Position numbers and translations under genes: made by a program. Source: a virus (lineage: Duplodnaviria; Caudoviricetes). From it: a stretch of DNA of 64,000 bases. The notes beneath the pieces were generated by a model. It was given only the letters and a program-made list of their open reading frames with translations. It had not been told where the DNA came from and did no database searches. Of the stretch, positions 8,687 through 19,516 are shown piece after piece (position 1 is the first letter of the stretch; each line of letters opens with the position of its first letter). The stretch spans positions 32,001 through 96,000 of the IMG/VR virus record IMGVR_UViG_3300018475_000104; one strand, given 5' to 3'.

Positions 8687-10245
8687 TTGTTGATAAATAT
8701 ACGATTCAACAGGTTTTGGGGTCTCTTATCAAGCGGCCGCAGTATTTAAGCCAATCGGATAGATACAACCTTTCAGTTAATGATTTTACTTCTCGTTTTG
8801 AAAAGTATTTATATAATGCTATTGCAGAATTGTATAATCAAGGTTTGAAGAAGATTCAAATTAGTGATATTGAAAATTTTTTACAGGTAAACATTGCTGC
8901 TAAAAAATGCTTTGATGATAACCATGGTATTGAATATCTTCAAGACTTGGAAGAATATGCTGATGAAGATAACTTTGACTTTTATTATCGAAAGTTAAAG
9001 AAGTTAAATTTGCTGAGAGATTATGAGAAGATTGGTATTGATATCAGTGAATTTTATGAGAAAGATTTGACTAAGCCTCACGCGCTTGAAGTAAATGAAA
9101 AGTTTGAGTTGCTTACCACGCAGGAAATTACCGATTCAGTAAAGAAGAGATTACTGGGTATTGAAAGTAAGTATTTAAGAAATGATGCAACCGAGGTTGA
9201 AACAGCAGTAAGTGGTATTAGGGATTTAATTCAGACTTTTAAGAATAAGGAAGATGTCGGTGCACCCATCCAAGGTTTGATTATTAATGAAATACTTAGC
9301 GGTGCGCGAAAGGGTACTTTGTGTATTCGCTCTGCGGCGAGCGGTACGGGTAAAACAAGACAGGCAGTTGGAGATGCTTGTTTCTTAGCTTATCCAGTTC
9401 GATATAATTCGAATACTTGTAAGTGGGAACAAGAGGGAAATTGCGAAAAGATTTTGTTTATTGCGACCGAGCAAGATTTTGATGAAATTAGAAAAATGAT
9501 TTTGGCATATCTAACTGATATCAATGAAAGTAAATTTAGATATGGTGAATTTTCAGATAGAGAATTGAGAGTGTTGGAACAAGCAGTAAAGGTAATGGAA
9601 GAATATGAAGAAAATTTTCTGATTATTCGTATGCCAAATCCAACTATTGAATTAGTAAAGTTGTTAATTCGAGAAAATTGTCTTGTGAGAGATATTCAGT
9701 ATGTGTTTTATGACTATATCTTTATTGGTCCAGCACTACTTAATGAATTTAGAGGTTTTAATTTAAGAAATGATGAATTGCTGTTAATGTTTGCGACGGC
9801 GCTGAAAGATTTGGCAGTTGAATTAGATATTTTTGTTATGACTTCTACACAGGTTAATGCTAGTGCAGATGATAATAAAAATATTCGAAACGAAGCAAGT
9901 CTCGCAGGTGGCCGTTCAACTATTAACAAAGCAGATTACGGTCTGATTATGGCAAGGCCAACTAAAGAAGAATTAGAAACTTTAAAAAGTTTAACAGAAA
10001 GATGTGGTGTTGTTCCTAATGTTGTAACTGATGTATTCAAAGTGCGTAGTGGCAAGTGGACGCAAGTAAGAATTTGGTCATCTGTTGACTTGGGAACTTT
10101 AAAGAAAGAAGACTTGTTCATAACTGATTCTCGACTTGAGCCGATTGATGACTTCTGTTTGGAGTTTAGTTATACAATTAGTTTTGAAGAAGAAGAAGTT
10201 CAACGAATTAAACAGTTGTTAGAAAGGTTTAATCATGGATTATAA
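8683..10245 (+). CDS. dnaB: replicative DnaB-like helicase
   Basis: SAASGTGKTR Walker A, FIATEQ, VFYDYI, TSTQVN. Confidence 0.82.
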   Translation: MIVDKYTIQQVLGSLIKRPQYLSQSDRYNLSVNDFTSRFEKYLYNAIAELYNQGLKKIQISDIENFLQVNIAAKKCFDDNHGIEYLQDLEEYADEDNFDFYYRKLKKLNLLRDYEKIGIDISEFYEKDLTKPHALEVNEKFELLTTQEITDSVKKRLLGIESKYLRNDATEVETAVSGIRDLIQTFKNKEDVGAPIQGLIINEILSGARKGTLCIRSAASGTGKTRQAVGDACFLAYPVRYNSNTCKWEQEGNCEKILFIATEQDFDEIRKMILAYLTDINESKFRYGEFSDRELRVLEQAVKVMEEYEENFLIIRMPNPTIELVKLLIRENCLVRDIQYVFYDYIFIGPALLNEFRGFNLRNDELLLMFATALKDLAVELDIFVMTSTQVNASADDNKNIRNEASLAGGRSTINKADYGLIMARPTKEELETLKSLTERCGVVPNVVTDVFKVRSGKWTQVRIWSSVDLGTLKKEDLFITDSRLEPIDDFCLEFSYTISFEEEEVQRIKQLLERFNHGL

Positions 10246-11287
10246 AGAGATAATTGATGGTCTGGAAACAAAATCTGTTATTGAATTAATGCAAAAACTT
10301 GGAGCAGATAGATATATTGAAAGACCTGGACAGGTTATCTTTCCCACGATTTGTCATAACGTAGACAGCGCCGAAGCCTCGATGAAATTGTATTACTACA
10401 CCAATAATAAAATTTTTATGTGTTATACTGAAGAAGGCGCAATGTCGATTTTTAAGTTTTTAAGAACTTATTATGAAACTCGTAATATTGAGTATGATTG
10501 GCATGAAGATATTTACAATGTAATTCTTGGTTGTAGTACAAGAAATTTGGTTGAAGGCTTCGCGCCGACTCCATATGTTTCCTTAAAGGACAGATATAGA
10601 AGTCAAAGACTTAAAAAGGAACTTGAAACAATTCCTACTGGTTTATTGGATATTTTTATTAAACATTATCCTGTTGAATGGTTGAATGATGGAATTACGA
10701 AATCTACAATGGATAAGTATAATATTCGTTATTCAATTAGTCAGAATAAGATAATTATTCCTCATTATGATGTAAAAGGAAATTTGGTAGGAATTCGAGG
10801 ACGCGCGCTGAATGAGTGGGAAGTAGAGAATGTGGGTAAGTATATGCCAGTTCAAATTGAAGGTAATTGGTATGCTCATTCACTTAGTATGAATCTTTAT
10901 GGGTTAAATGAAACAAAAGAAAATATTAAGCGATATGGTATTTGTTATGTTGGAGAGGCAGAGAAATTTTGTTTGCAGATGGATAAGTTTAGTATTCCAA
11001 ACTGCTCTTGCGCGGTGTGCGGTTCTAACTTTAACAAATATCATTTGAACTTGTTAATTAAACACTGCCATCCAAGAGAAATTGTGATTTGTTTTGACCA
11101 AGAAGAAAAAACTGGTGAAGATAAATATTTTAATAAGTTGTATAAGATGGCAGAGAAATATAAGAATTATTGTAAAATAAGTTTCATCTATGACAGAGAT
11201 GGACTTTTAAATTTAAAAGATTCTCCTACTGATAGAGGAGAAGAAACTTTTAGAAAACTATTAGAAAGAAGGGTTTTTGTAAGATGA
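10235..11287 (+). CDS. dnaG: DNA primase (DnaG-like)
   Basis: N-terminal CH...CY Zn-binding region, IIIPHYD..GIRGR, LYGLN, TOPRIM VGEAEK and CFD. Confidence 0.8.
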   Translation: MDYKEIIDGLETKSVIELMQKLGADRYIERPGQVIFPTICHNVDSAEASMKLYYYTNNKIFMCYTEEGAMSIFKFLRTYYETRNIEYDWHEDIYNVILGCSTRNLVEGFAPTPYVSLKDRYRSQRLKKELETIPTGLLDIFIKHYPVEWLNDGITKSTMDKYNIRYSISQNKIIIPHYDVKGNLVGIRGRALNEWEVENVGKYMPVQIEGNWYAHSLSMNLYGLNETKENIKRYGICYVGEAEKFCLQMDKFSIPNCSCAVCGSNFNKYHLNLLIKHCHPREIVICFDQEEKTGEDKYFNKLYKMAEKYKNYCKISFIYDRDGLLNLKDSPTDRGEETFRKLLERRVFVR

Positions 11288-13029
11288 AGTATATTCTAAC
11301 TAACAAAGAAATTAAGTCGAACTATGGTGCCGAGGTATTATATGCTCGTGGGGTAAAAGAAGTAGATGAATTCCTATATCCTTCTCCCGTCCAGCTTCAA
11401 GATGCTACGGCGCTTGACAATATTCAGAAGGCGGCGCGCATTGCGTATGATGTCGTAAAAGCAAATGGCCGTATTGCACTAATTGTAGACTGTGATGTGG
11501 ATGGCTATACATCTTCCGCGATTATCTATCAGTATCTAAATTGTCTAAATCCCGATTTGGAAATTGATTATTATCTTCACGAGGGAAAGCAGCACGGTCT
11601 TGAGGATATGATGGAAAATCTTGAAGGAAAGGACTATTCTCTTTTAATTATTCCCGATGCTGGCTCTAATGATAGTCACTATATTGATAAACTAAATATT
11701 CAAACTATTGTAATCGACCATCATATTTTGGAAGATGAAAGCACTACTCCTTTAATGACTTTGGTTAATAATCAAACTTCTCCTAATTACATCAACAAGA
11801 ATCTATCTGGCGCAGGCATGGCTTATCAGTTTTGTGTTGTTCTTGATAATGTGGCTGGTGTGAATTATGCCAATGAGTTTATTGACCTTGCCGCACTTGG
11901 AGTATGCGGCGATATGATGAGTGGTCTTGAGCCAGAAAACCAATATCTCTGGCGAGAAGGCTTTTCCAATGTAAAGAATTTTTTCTTCCAGACTTTAATG
12001 CGCAAGCAGGCTTATTCAATTACTGGTCAAGTCGCGCCTTCTGATAGAGAAATTATGGAAAAATTAACTCCTATTTCAGTTGCCTTTTATATTGTCCCTC
12101 TAATCAACGCAATGATTCGTGTTGGTACGATGGCAGAAAAGGAGCGTTTATTCTTGGCCTTTATTGATGGTGAACGCCTTGTTCCTTGTAACAAGCGTGG
12201 CGCAAAAGGCACAATGGAAAAGGTTGCGATTGAATCTACGCGCGAATGTACCAATGCTAAAAAGCATCAGGATGACCAAAAGAAAGATGTGGCCGAAGCT
12301 TTGGAGATTAAGATTCATAAGCATGGACTACTTGATAATAAGGTTTTGTTTATCCGACTTGATGATGATGACGTGTTCCCAAGTGAGTTAAATGGTTTGG
12401 TATGTATGCAGCTTTCTCAAAAGCATAAGCGTCCTACAATTCTTGCTCGACTAAATAATGAAGGTTTTATTCGTGGTAGTGCGCGCGGACTAAACAAAAG
12501 CGAAATTACGTCCTTTAAGGATTTTCTTGGCGAAAGTGGAATGTTTGAATATACTATAGGCCATGATAATGCCTTTGGTATTAGCATTTCAAACTCCAAG
12601 TTAAGCGACTTCCATAATTATGCAAATGAGAAGTTGGCTAATGTAAACTTTGGGGAAAATGTTTATGAAGTTCAATTTGTGCGGCGCGCTGTGGATGGAG
12701 ATATTGCTGATATTACTTTTGACCTTGATAAGTACAATAAAGTTTGGAGTCAGCAGAATGATACTCCTCTAATTGTTGTAAAAGATATCTTTGTAAATAA
12801 GGAAGATATTAAAGTAATTGGTAAGAATAAAGATACGATTCGTTTTGAGAAGAATGGTATTACATATATCAAATTCTTTGGTAAGGCGCTAATTGAACAG
12901 CTTCAGCAATATGATGAAATGAAGATTGATGTTGTTGGAAAGACAGCCGTTAATAATTGGCAAGGAAGAACGACTCCCCAAATTTTAATAGAAGACCTTG
13001 AAGTTGAAGATGCTAGACTTGCTTTCTAA
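11284..13029 (+). CDS. recJ: RecJ-like ssDNA exonuclease (DHH family)
   Basis: DCDVDG, IPDAG, IDHH, GSARG, GHDNAFG. Confidence 0.88.
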   Translation: MKYILTNKEIKSNYGAEVLYARGVKEVDEFLYPSPVQLQDATALDNIQKAARIAYDVVKANGRIALIVDCDVDGYTSSAIIYQYLNCLNPDLEIDYYLHEGKQHGLEDMMENLEGKDYSLLIIPDAGSNDSHYIDKLNIQTIVIDHHILEDESTTPLMTLVNNQTSPNYINKNLSGAGMAYQFCVVLDNVAGVNYANEFIDLAALGVCGDMMSGLEPENQYLWREGFSNVKNFFFQTLMRKQAYSITGQVAPSDREIMEKLTPISVAFYIVPLINAMIRVGTMAEKERLFLAFIDGERLVPCNKRGAKGTMEKVAIESTRECTNAKKHQDDQKKDVAEALEIKIHKHGLLDNKVLFIRLDDDDVFPSELNGLVCMQLSQKHKRPTILARLNNEGFIRGSARGLNKSEITSFKDFLGESGMFEYTIGHDNAFGISISNSKLSDFHNYANEKLANVNFGENVYEVQFVRRAVDGDIADITFDLDKYNKVWSQQNDTPLIVVKDIFVNKEDIKVIGKNKDTIRFEKNGITYIKFFGKALIEQLQQYDEMKIDVVGKTAVNNWQGRTTPQILIEDLEVEDARLAF

Positions 13030-13031
13030 AC

Positions 13032-13060
13032 TTGATATTTCTAAAAATTTATGATATAAT
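13032..13060 (+). promoter_or_regulatory. sigma-A-type promoter
   Basis: TTGATA-N17-TATAAT with extended TG. Confidence 0.75.
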
Positions 13061-13146
13061 ATTTATATAAAGTGGATGAGATTTATGGAGATTTTATCAT
13101 TTTATTTTACTTGTAATTAGAATGAAATGGTAAAAGAGGTGCAAAG

Positions 13147-13998
13147 ATGTTCATTTATAAAGCAATAAGCAAAACAACTGGTAAAGTTTATATTGGTCAA
13201 AGTTCTCAAACTTTACAAGAAAGAATTAATCAACATAACTCTCATGCTTATGGTTCACAATATAATTATCACTTTCATAATGCAATTCGTAAGTATGGCG
13301 CAGAAGATTTTAACTATGAAATAATTGAAGACAACATAACAGATGCCGCTACTTTAAATGAGAGAGAAAGATTTTGGATTAAATACTACGATTCTTACTA
13401 TAATGGGTATAATTCAACTTTGGGTGGTGACGGACATCAAACCAGAGATGATGAATTAATTATTAAATTATTTAACGAAGGGAAAACTACCAAAGAAATA
13501 TCTGAAATTACTGGATATAACAGAGGGACTATTTATAAAAGTTATAAAATAAATAATAAGACTAATGAAAATAATAAACGAAAAAATGAACAAACCAAAA
13601 TAAGATGTTCTCGTCCAGTTGAGCAATATGACTTACAAGGTAATTTTATAAAACTTTGGGAATCTGCTTCGGAATGCGGCAGAACTTTTGGAAACGAATC
13701 TTTTATTAGTGCTATTTGTAGATAGGAAGAAAACATTATTACTGCTTATGGTTATTTATTTAAATATGCAGACGACCCTTAGGATATTAAAATATGGGTT
13801 GAAAGAGTGGCAAATAAAAAAAATGGTGGAAAACCAAAAAAACAAATAGGGCAATATGATTTAAATTGGAATCTAATTTCTGTTTATAATTCTGGGGCTG
13901 ACGCTGCAAAGGCTCTAGGGAAAAATGACAAAAGCAATATTTGCGCGGCAGCGAGAAAGGAAGGTAAAGCATATGGATTCTTATGGAAATACGAATAA
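13147..13998 (+). CDS. free-standing GIY-YIG homing endonuclease with NUMOD1-like repeats, read through two in-frame TAGs (13723, 13780)
   Basis: FIYK...KVYIGQS, ERERFWI, GYNSTLGG; two QYDL-type repeats; track ORFs 13147-13725 and 13807-13998 share a frame separated only by TAG. Confidence 0.85.
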
Positions 13999-16900
13999 TA
14001 AAAGTGGCTATCCAGGAAGTCTTCACAACCACACTGATTTTTCAAATTTGAGACTTCGGGATTGCATAATTAAGGTCGAAGATTTACTATGGCACGCCGC
14101 GAAACTTGGACATGAAGTAGTCGGAATTACTGACCACGATAGTTTAAGTTGTCACATAAAAGCAGAAAAAATATACAAAAAGGTAAAAGAAAAATATCCT
14201 AATTTTAAGATGATTAGAGGCAATGAAATTTATCTCGTCCGAAATGGTTTGAATGCTGATAATTTTAATAGAGACTTTGACAAATATTATCATTTTTGCT
14301 TGTATGCAAAAGACGCCACCGGGCACCAGCAAATTCGAGAAATCTCAACTCGTGCGTGGAATCGTTCTTACATGGCGCGCGGTATGCGTCGAGTTCCTAC
14401 ATACTATCAAGACCTGATTGATATTATTGGAGCGAATCCTGGACACGTTATTGGTTCCACGGCTTGTCTTGGTGGCGCGCTTGCGACTCAGTTAATGAAA
14501 TTTCAAGTCCTTTCAAGAGGTACCGGAAAGATCGAAGCTGCTTTAAATTTAAAGGAAAAAATTATTTCTTGGTGTAATCAAATGAAGAATCTCTTCGGAG
14601 AGGGTAATTTCTTCTTTGAACTTCAACCTTCTGAAAGTCATGAGCAGACTTATGTAAATAGACAGTTAATTGGTTTGTCTATTTTGCTTGATATCCCCTA
14701 TATTATCACCACTGATAGTCACTACTTGAAAAAGGAAGATGCCGATGTTCATGCGGCTTTTCTTAACGCGCAAGATGGTGATCGAGAAGTTAAGTCTTTC
14801 TATGCTACGACTTATATGATGAGTACAGAAGAACTTGAAAGTCATATGGATTTAACAGAAGAAGAACTCGAAAAGGCTTATGATAATATTCGCGCAATTA
14901 AGGATATGTGTGAAGATTATAGTTTAATGAAGCCTTTAAAGATTCCCCAACTTCCTTGGAGAGATTTAGGTTCTTATCAAATCGACCAAAGAACATGGTG
15001 TAAACGAATTCCCTATCTCGATAAGTTTTGGAGTTCAGAGTATGAAGGAGATAAGGAGCTTGCTGATGCAATTTGTTTAAAACTAATGGAAGATGAAAGA
15101 CTCCATGATTTTAAGATTTATGATGCAATCAATGAATGTCTTGAAATGACTTGGATTTCTTCGGAAGTAAATAAAACTCATTGGTCAGCATATTATCTAA
15201 ATCTCCAAAAGATTATTGAGGAATGTTGGAACGCAGGAACACTCGTAGGATGCGGGCGCGGTTCTGGTGTAGGTTTCATTTTGTTGTATTTGCTTGGTAT
15301 CACTCAAATAAATCCTCAATGGGAGACAACTCAAACTTTTGCTTGGCGTTTCCTTAACCCAGATCGTGTATCTGTACTGGACGTTGACGTAGACATTGAG
15401 GGCGGCCGTCGTGGTCAGGTTTTGAATCATCTGCGCCAAGTGTATGGTAATGACCGAGTAGCAAACGTAACCACTTTCGGCACTGAAAAAGCAAAAAGTG
15501 CAATTCAAACAGCTTGTCGTGGTTTAGGTATTGATGTAGATATTGCTCAGTATTTGAGTTCGATGATTGCGGCAGATCGTGGTCTTCAGCGTAGTTTGAA
15601 GCAAACTTTCTATGGCGATGAAGAAAATGATTTTCTACCTAATAAACAGTTCGTTTATGAAATGACAGAAAATTATCCCGAAGTTTGGGCAATCGCGCAG
15701 AAGATTGAAGGACTTGTATGTCGAAGTGGTATTCACGCGGGCGGTGTGATTTTCGTTGATGAACCTTTCACAAACTCAACTGCTCTAATGCGCGCGCCAG
15801 ATGGAACTTTGGTTACACAGTATGACCTTCACGATTGCGAAGATGTATCACTAATTAAATATGACTTGCTTTCTGTTGAAGCATTGGATAAGATGCATAT
15901 TTGTCTTGACTTGTTGGTTCAGGATGGATATATTAAACCAGAAACAAGCCTAAAAGAAACTTACGAAAAAGTAATTGGTATCTACAACCTTGAAAGAGAA
16001 GATAAGAAGATGTGGAAAATGGTTTGGAACCATCAAATTTCTTCTCTGTTTCAAATGGAGAAGCAATCTGGTATTCAAGGAGTTGCTTTGGTTAGACCGG
16101 AAAGTGTTGATGACTTGGCAACTCTAAACTCTGTAATTCGTCTAATGGCGCAGGAGAAGGGCGCTGAACAACCACTAAATAAATTTGCTCGTTTCAAAGC
16201 AGATATTAGTTTGTGGTATGACGAGATGGCGCGATATGGTTTAACAGAAGATGAAATGAAGATTCTTGAACCGATTATAAAACTTTCTTATGGCATTTGT
16301 GAAAGCCAGGAAGGATTCATGCAGTTGGTTCAGATGCCAGAATGTGGTGGATTTGACTTGTCTTGGGCAGATAGACTTCGTAAGTCTATTGCAAAGAAGA
16401 ATCCTGCAGATTATGAAAAACTTCAAACTGAATACTTTGCGCGAGTCGAAGAAAAAGGTTTGAGCAAGAGACTTTGTAATTATGTGTGGAATGTTCTGGT
16501 AGCAACGAGTAGAGGTTATGGTTTTAATAAGAGCCATACTCTTGCTTATTCATTGATTGCGCTTCAAGAAATGAATCTAGCTTTCCATTATCCAGTTATT
16601 TACTGGAACACCGCTTGTTTGATTTCTGATAGCGGCGGTGCCGAAAGAGATGATTCTGAACTTAGTGAAGATGAAGAAAGAGAAGATTTATGGTTTGTTG
16701 AAGCAGAAAGTGTTGTTGAAGAGTTTGTAGAAGAAGATGATGAAGAAGATGAAGAGGATGAAGAAGAAGTTACTGTAAAAAAGAAAAAGAAAACTCGTTC
16801 AGCAAACTATGGTAAAATTGCTAGCGCGATTGGTAAAATGAAATCGGAAGGCGTTGAGATTGTATCTCCCAACATTAATAAGTCGTCTTTCACTTTCTCT

Positions 16901-18004
16901 CCTGACGCGGAAACAAATACGATTCGTTTTGGTTTGAGTGGTATCACACGAATTGGCGAAGAGCTAATTCAAAATATCATTGAGAATAGACCTTATGAGT
17001 CTGTAGAGGACTTCTTAAAGAGAGTTAAAATCAATAAACCTCAAATGGTTAATCTGATTAAAGCGGGCGCATTTGATGATTTTGGTGATAGGTTTGGTTT
17101 GATGGTAAAGTATATTGAATCTATCAGTGATAAGAAAAATCGAATCACTTTACAGAATATGAAAATGCTAATTGATTTTGGTTTGATTCCCGATGAATTT
17201 GACCTTGAGCGCCGTGTATATAATTTTAATAAGTATTTGAAGAAGTTTAAGTTTGAGAAATATTATCTGTTAGATAATATTGCTCTTGGATTCTTTGATA
17301 AACACTTCGATATTGATATACTTGTCCCAACGGATAAAGTTGAAACTGGTTTAATGATTGAACAAGTTAAATGGGATAAGATTTATCAAAAACATATGGA
17401 TATTGTTCGTCCTTATGTTAAAACTCACAATCAAGAACTGCTTGAGGCAGTGAACTCAAAGTTGGTTAAGGATATGTGGGATAAGTATTGTAAGGGTAAT
17501 ATCAGTAAATGGGAAATGGATAGCGTTTCTTGTTATTTCCATGAACATGAACTTGCTGATGTTGAGGAATATTATTTCGATTGTGTAGACTTTAATGAGT
17601 TGAGCGAACAGCCCGAAGTTGATTCTGTATTTACGATTAAGGGCAAACAAGTTCCTATTTTTAAAATTTATCGTATTATGGGAACAATTTTGGATAAAGA
17701 TAAGGCAAAGAAAACAGTAACCTTATTAACAAATACTGGTGTTGTAACTGTAAAGATTTATGGTGATGTTTATTCTCACTATGATAAGCAGGTGTCTGAG
17801 AAGAATGTGGCAACTGGTAAGAAAAAGGTTATTGAAAAGTCTTGGTTCACAAGAGGTAATAAGATTATCGTAACTGGTATTCGGCGCGATGATATGTTCA
17901 TGGCGAAGAAATATTCGAGAACTCCTTATCATCTTGTAGAATTAATTACTGAGGTTAAGGGTGAGAGAATTATGACTCGTGGAGAAAGAACTGAAGTGGT
18001 ATGA
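13973..18004 (+). CDS. dnaE: DNA polymerase III alpha subunit (family C, PHP domain)
   Basis: LHNHTDFS, GITDH, TTDSHY, GRGSG, LDVDVD, GIHAGG, KYDLL, YGFNKSH; start placed at ATG 13973 behind GAAAGGAAGG. Confidence 0.93.
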   Translation: MDSYGNTNNKSGYPGSLHNHTDFSNLRLRDCIIKVEDLLWHAAKLGHEVVGITDHDSLSCHIKAEKIYKKVKEKYPNFKMIRGNEIYLVRNGLNADNFNRDFDKYYHFCLYAKDATGHQQIREISTRAWNRSYMARGMRRVPTYYQDLIDIIGANPGHVIGSTACLGGALATQLMKFQVLSRGTGKIEAALNLKEKIISWCNQMKNLFGEGNFFFELQPSESHEQTYVNRQLIGLSILLDIPYIITTDSHYLKKEDADVHAAFLNAQDGDREVKSFYATTYMMSTEELESHMDLTEEELEKAYDNIRAIKDMCEDYSLMKPLKIPQLPWRDLGSYQIDQRTWCKRIPYLDKFWSSEYEGDKELADAICLKLMEDERLHDFKIYDAINECLEMTWISSEVNKTHWSAYYLNLQKIIEECWNAGTLVGCGRGSGVGFILLYLLGITQINPQWETTQTFAWRFLNPDRVSVLDVDVDIEGGRRGQVLNHLRQVYGNDRVANVTTFGTEKAKSAIQTACRGLGIDVDIAQYLSSMIAADRGLQRSLKQTFYGDEENDFLPNKQFVYEMTENYPEVWAIAQKIEGLVCRSGIHAGGVIFVDEPFTNSTALMRAPDGTLVTQYDLHDCEDVSLIKYDLLSVEALDKMHICLDLLVQDGYIKPETSLKETYEKVIGIYNLEREDKKMWKMVWNHQISSLFQMEKQSGIQGVALVRPESVDDLATLNSVIRLMAQEKGAEQPLNKFARFKADISLWYDEMARYGLTEDEMKILEPIIKLSYGICESQEGFMQLVQMPECGGFDLSWADRLRKSIAKKNPADYEKLQTEYFARVEEKGLSKRLCNYVWNVLVATSRGYGFNKSHTLAYSLIALQEMNLAFHYPVIYWNTACLISDSGGAERDDSELSEDEEREDLWFVEAESVVEEFVEEDDEEDEEDEEEVTVKKKKKTRSANYGKIASAIGKMKSEGVEIVSPNINKSSFTFSPDAETNTIRFGLSGITRIGEELIQNIIENRPYESVEDFLKRVKINKPQMVNLIKAGAFDDFGDRFGLMVKYIESISDKKNRITLQNMKMLIDFGLIPDEFDLERRVYNFNKYLKKFKFEKYYLLDNIALGFFDKHFDIDILVPTDKVETGLMIEQVKWDKIYQKHMDIVRPYVKTHNQELLEAVNSKLVKDMWDKYCKGNISKWEMDSVSCYFHEHELADVEEYYFDCVDFNELSEQPEVDSVFTIKGKQVPIFKIYRIMGTILDKDKAKKTVTLLTNTGVVTVKIYGDVYSHYDKQVSEKNVATGKKKVIEKSWFTRGNKIIVTGIRRDDMFMAKKYSRTPYHLVELITEVKGERIMTRGERTEVV

Positions 18005-19134
18005 GTATTGGGCTATATGATATTGATTTTATGACTTATATTCATGTTCCTTTCAATCTCACCCTAATGAAACTCGCGGCTTATTACAAAAAGAAAAGAG
18101 AAGTAGTAGTTCTGGCTCCTTATTTGGAGCCAGAGCGATATCAAAAGATGTATGTGGTTAAGGACTATTTTGATGGAAATTTTGATAGAAGAATTCTTGA
18201 ATCAAATGTAATATATAGTGGTCATGCGTTTACAAAAGACTTTTACAGCGCGATGGCGCCGGAAATTGAGATAATGAAACCAGATAAATATCTTTATCAC
18301 AAGTATGATAAAATGTTTTGTATTAACAAGTCAAAAGAGTCTTTATTTAAAACAATGACCAATGCAGAACATATACGACTTTCACTTGATAATAAAACAA
18401 TTTGGCCTGGTTATAAAAAAACTTATTCTTTTTCTCCTACAACGCGCGCCGTCATCTTTCATGATTATAATATAGCCTCTTTAGAAAATGGATATGAGAC
18501 TGTGAAAGAAATTATTTCTGAAATGAATCAAAATTGGTTTCATGGGCCATTACTCGGCGCGAAGTTCCCAATTCAAGTTTCAACACCAGAAGATTTATTT
18601 AATTGGATGGATTTTAAAGCCATGGACATCTTTTATAATATTCAGTATAATAATTTAATGAGCGATGAACTTGTTAATGAAACTGTGCAAAGATTTCCAA
18701 TGAATAGTAAAAAGATGTGGTATAATGTAACCTCGACATCATACAACGAGAACCATTTTTCAAAAGAAGTCTTACCAAAAATTTTTCGTCAGGCTTTATT
18801 TTTTCGGACTCACCATATACCAATCCTACTTAAATATGACGATAATTTTTTCAAAGACGAAAGATGGGAACGAGTTATTAAATTGATAAATGGTTATGTC
18901 TCAATGAATAACAGAGCGCCAAAGAAAGAAGGCTTTAGAGATTTCAGTAGAACTTTTACAATGTTTAGATATGTAACTTCAAAAAATCTTGTAGAAGCAC
19001 CTTCCAGTGATTGGACAATTGAAGAGTTAAGAGATTTATTCCAATTCGTCAGAGAAGAAAGTTATGAAACATTTAAAATGTTTTATGAATCATGTTTAAT
19101 GGAATATAAAGGAGGAAAAATTAATGACATCTAA
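18001..19134 (+). CDS. hypothetical protein
   Basis: 377 aa ORF translationally coupled to dnaE. Confidence 0.7.
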   Translation: MSIGLYDIDFMTYIHVPFNLTLMKLAAYYKKKREVVVLAPYLEPERYQKMYVVKDYFDGNFDRRILESNVIYSGHAFTKDFYSAMAPEIEIMKPDKYLYHKYDKMFCINKSKESLFKTMTNAEHIRLSLDNKTIWPGYKKTYSFSPTTRAVIFHDYNIASLENGYETVKEIISEMNQNWFHGPLLGAKFPIQVSTPEDLFNWMDFKAMDIFYNIQYNNLMSDELVNETVQRFPMNSKKMWYNVTSTSYNENHFSKEVLPKIFRQALFFRTHHIPILLKYDDNFFKDERWERVIKLINGYVSMNNRAPKKEGFRDFSRTFTMFRYVTSKNLVEAPSSDWTIEELRDLFQFVREESYETFKMFYESCLMEYKGGKINDI

Positions 19135-19315
19135 AGAAATTAAAGAGAAAATTGATTTTAACAATAAACTCATTAGAGATATGTTTAATCCTAATCAATT
19201 TACTTTAAATAACACGGTGCGCGAACTTCTTGAAGAGAATGCGCGGCTCCAAGAAAAATGCGAACATAAATATGCTGATGGTTATTGTGTTTATTGCTAC
19301 AAGGAGAAGAAATAA
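19124..19315 (+). CDS. small coiled-coil/Zn-ribbon protein
   Basis: CEH...CVYC C-terminus; GGAGG SD. Confidence 0.6.
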   Translation: MTSKEIKEKIDFNNKLIRDMFNPNQFTLNNTVRELLEENARLQEKCEHKYADGYCVYCYKEKK

Positions 19316-19515
19316 TGATAATACTTTATTCAACTGGTTGTCCTCGTTGCACTGTTTTAGAAAAGAAACTTGAGCAGAAAAAAATTGAATACTCTAAAAT
19401 AACTGACGTAGATGTAATGCTAGCGATGGGAATTAAGTCTGTTCCAATGCTTCAAATTGATGACGCCGCGCCAATGGATTATATGAAAGCAGTTAATTGG
19501 GTAAAGGAGCAGTAA
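19315..19515 (+). CDS. nrdH: glutaredoxin/NrdH-like redoxin
   Basis: ILYSTGCPRC, SVP motif; directly upstream of nrdD. Confidence 0.75.
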   Translation: MIILYSTGCPRCTVLEKKLEQKKIEYSKITDVDVMLAMGIKSVPMLQIDDAAPMDYMKAVNWVKEQ

Positions 19516-19516
19516 A

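Noticed and set aside
13925-13972. DnaE start at 13925 as in the ORF track, or a GIY-YIG/DnaE intron or fusion
   Set aside because: ATG 13973 has the SD and precedes the PHP motif; the endonuclease is in another frame, upstream of an intact dnaE, and I found no group I core elements around it
16640-16800. Intein in DnaE
   Set aside because: No C/S...HN-C/S/T splice motifs or LAGLIDADG blocks; just a low-complexity loop
18001-19134. Radical-SAM enzyme call for the ORF after dnaE
   Set aside because: The N-terminus is reminiscent of such proteins but there is no CxxxCxxC motif; left as hypothetical
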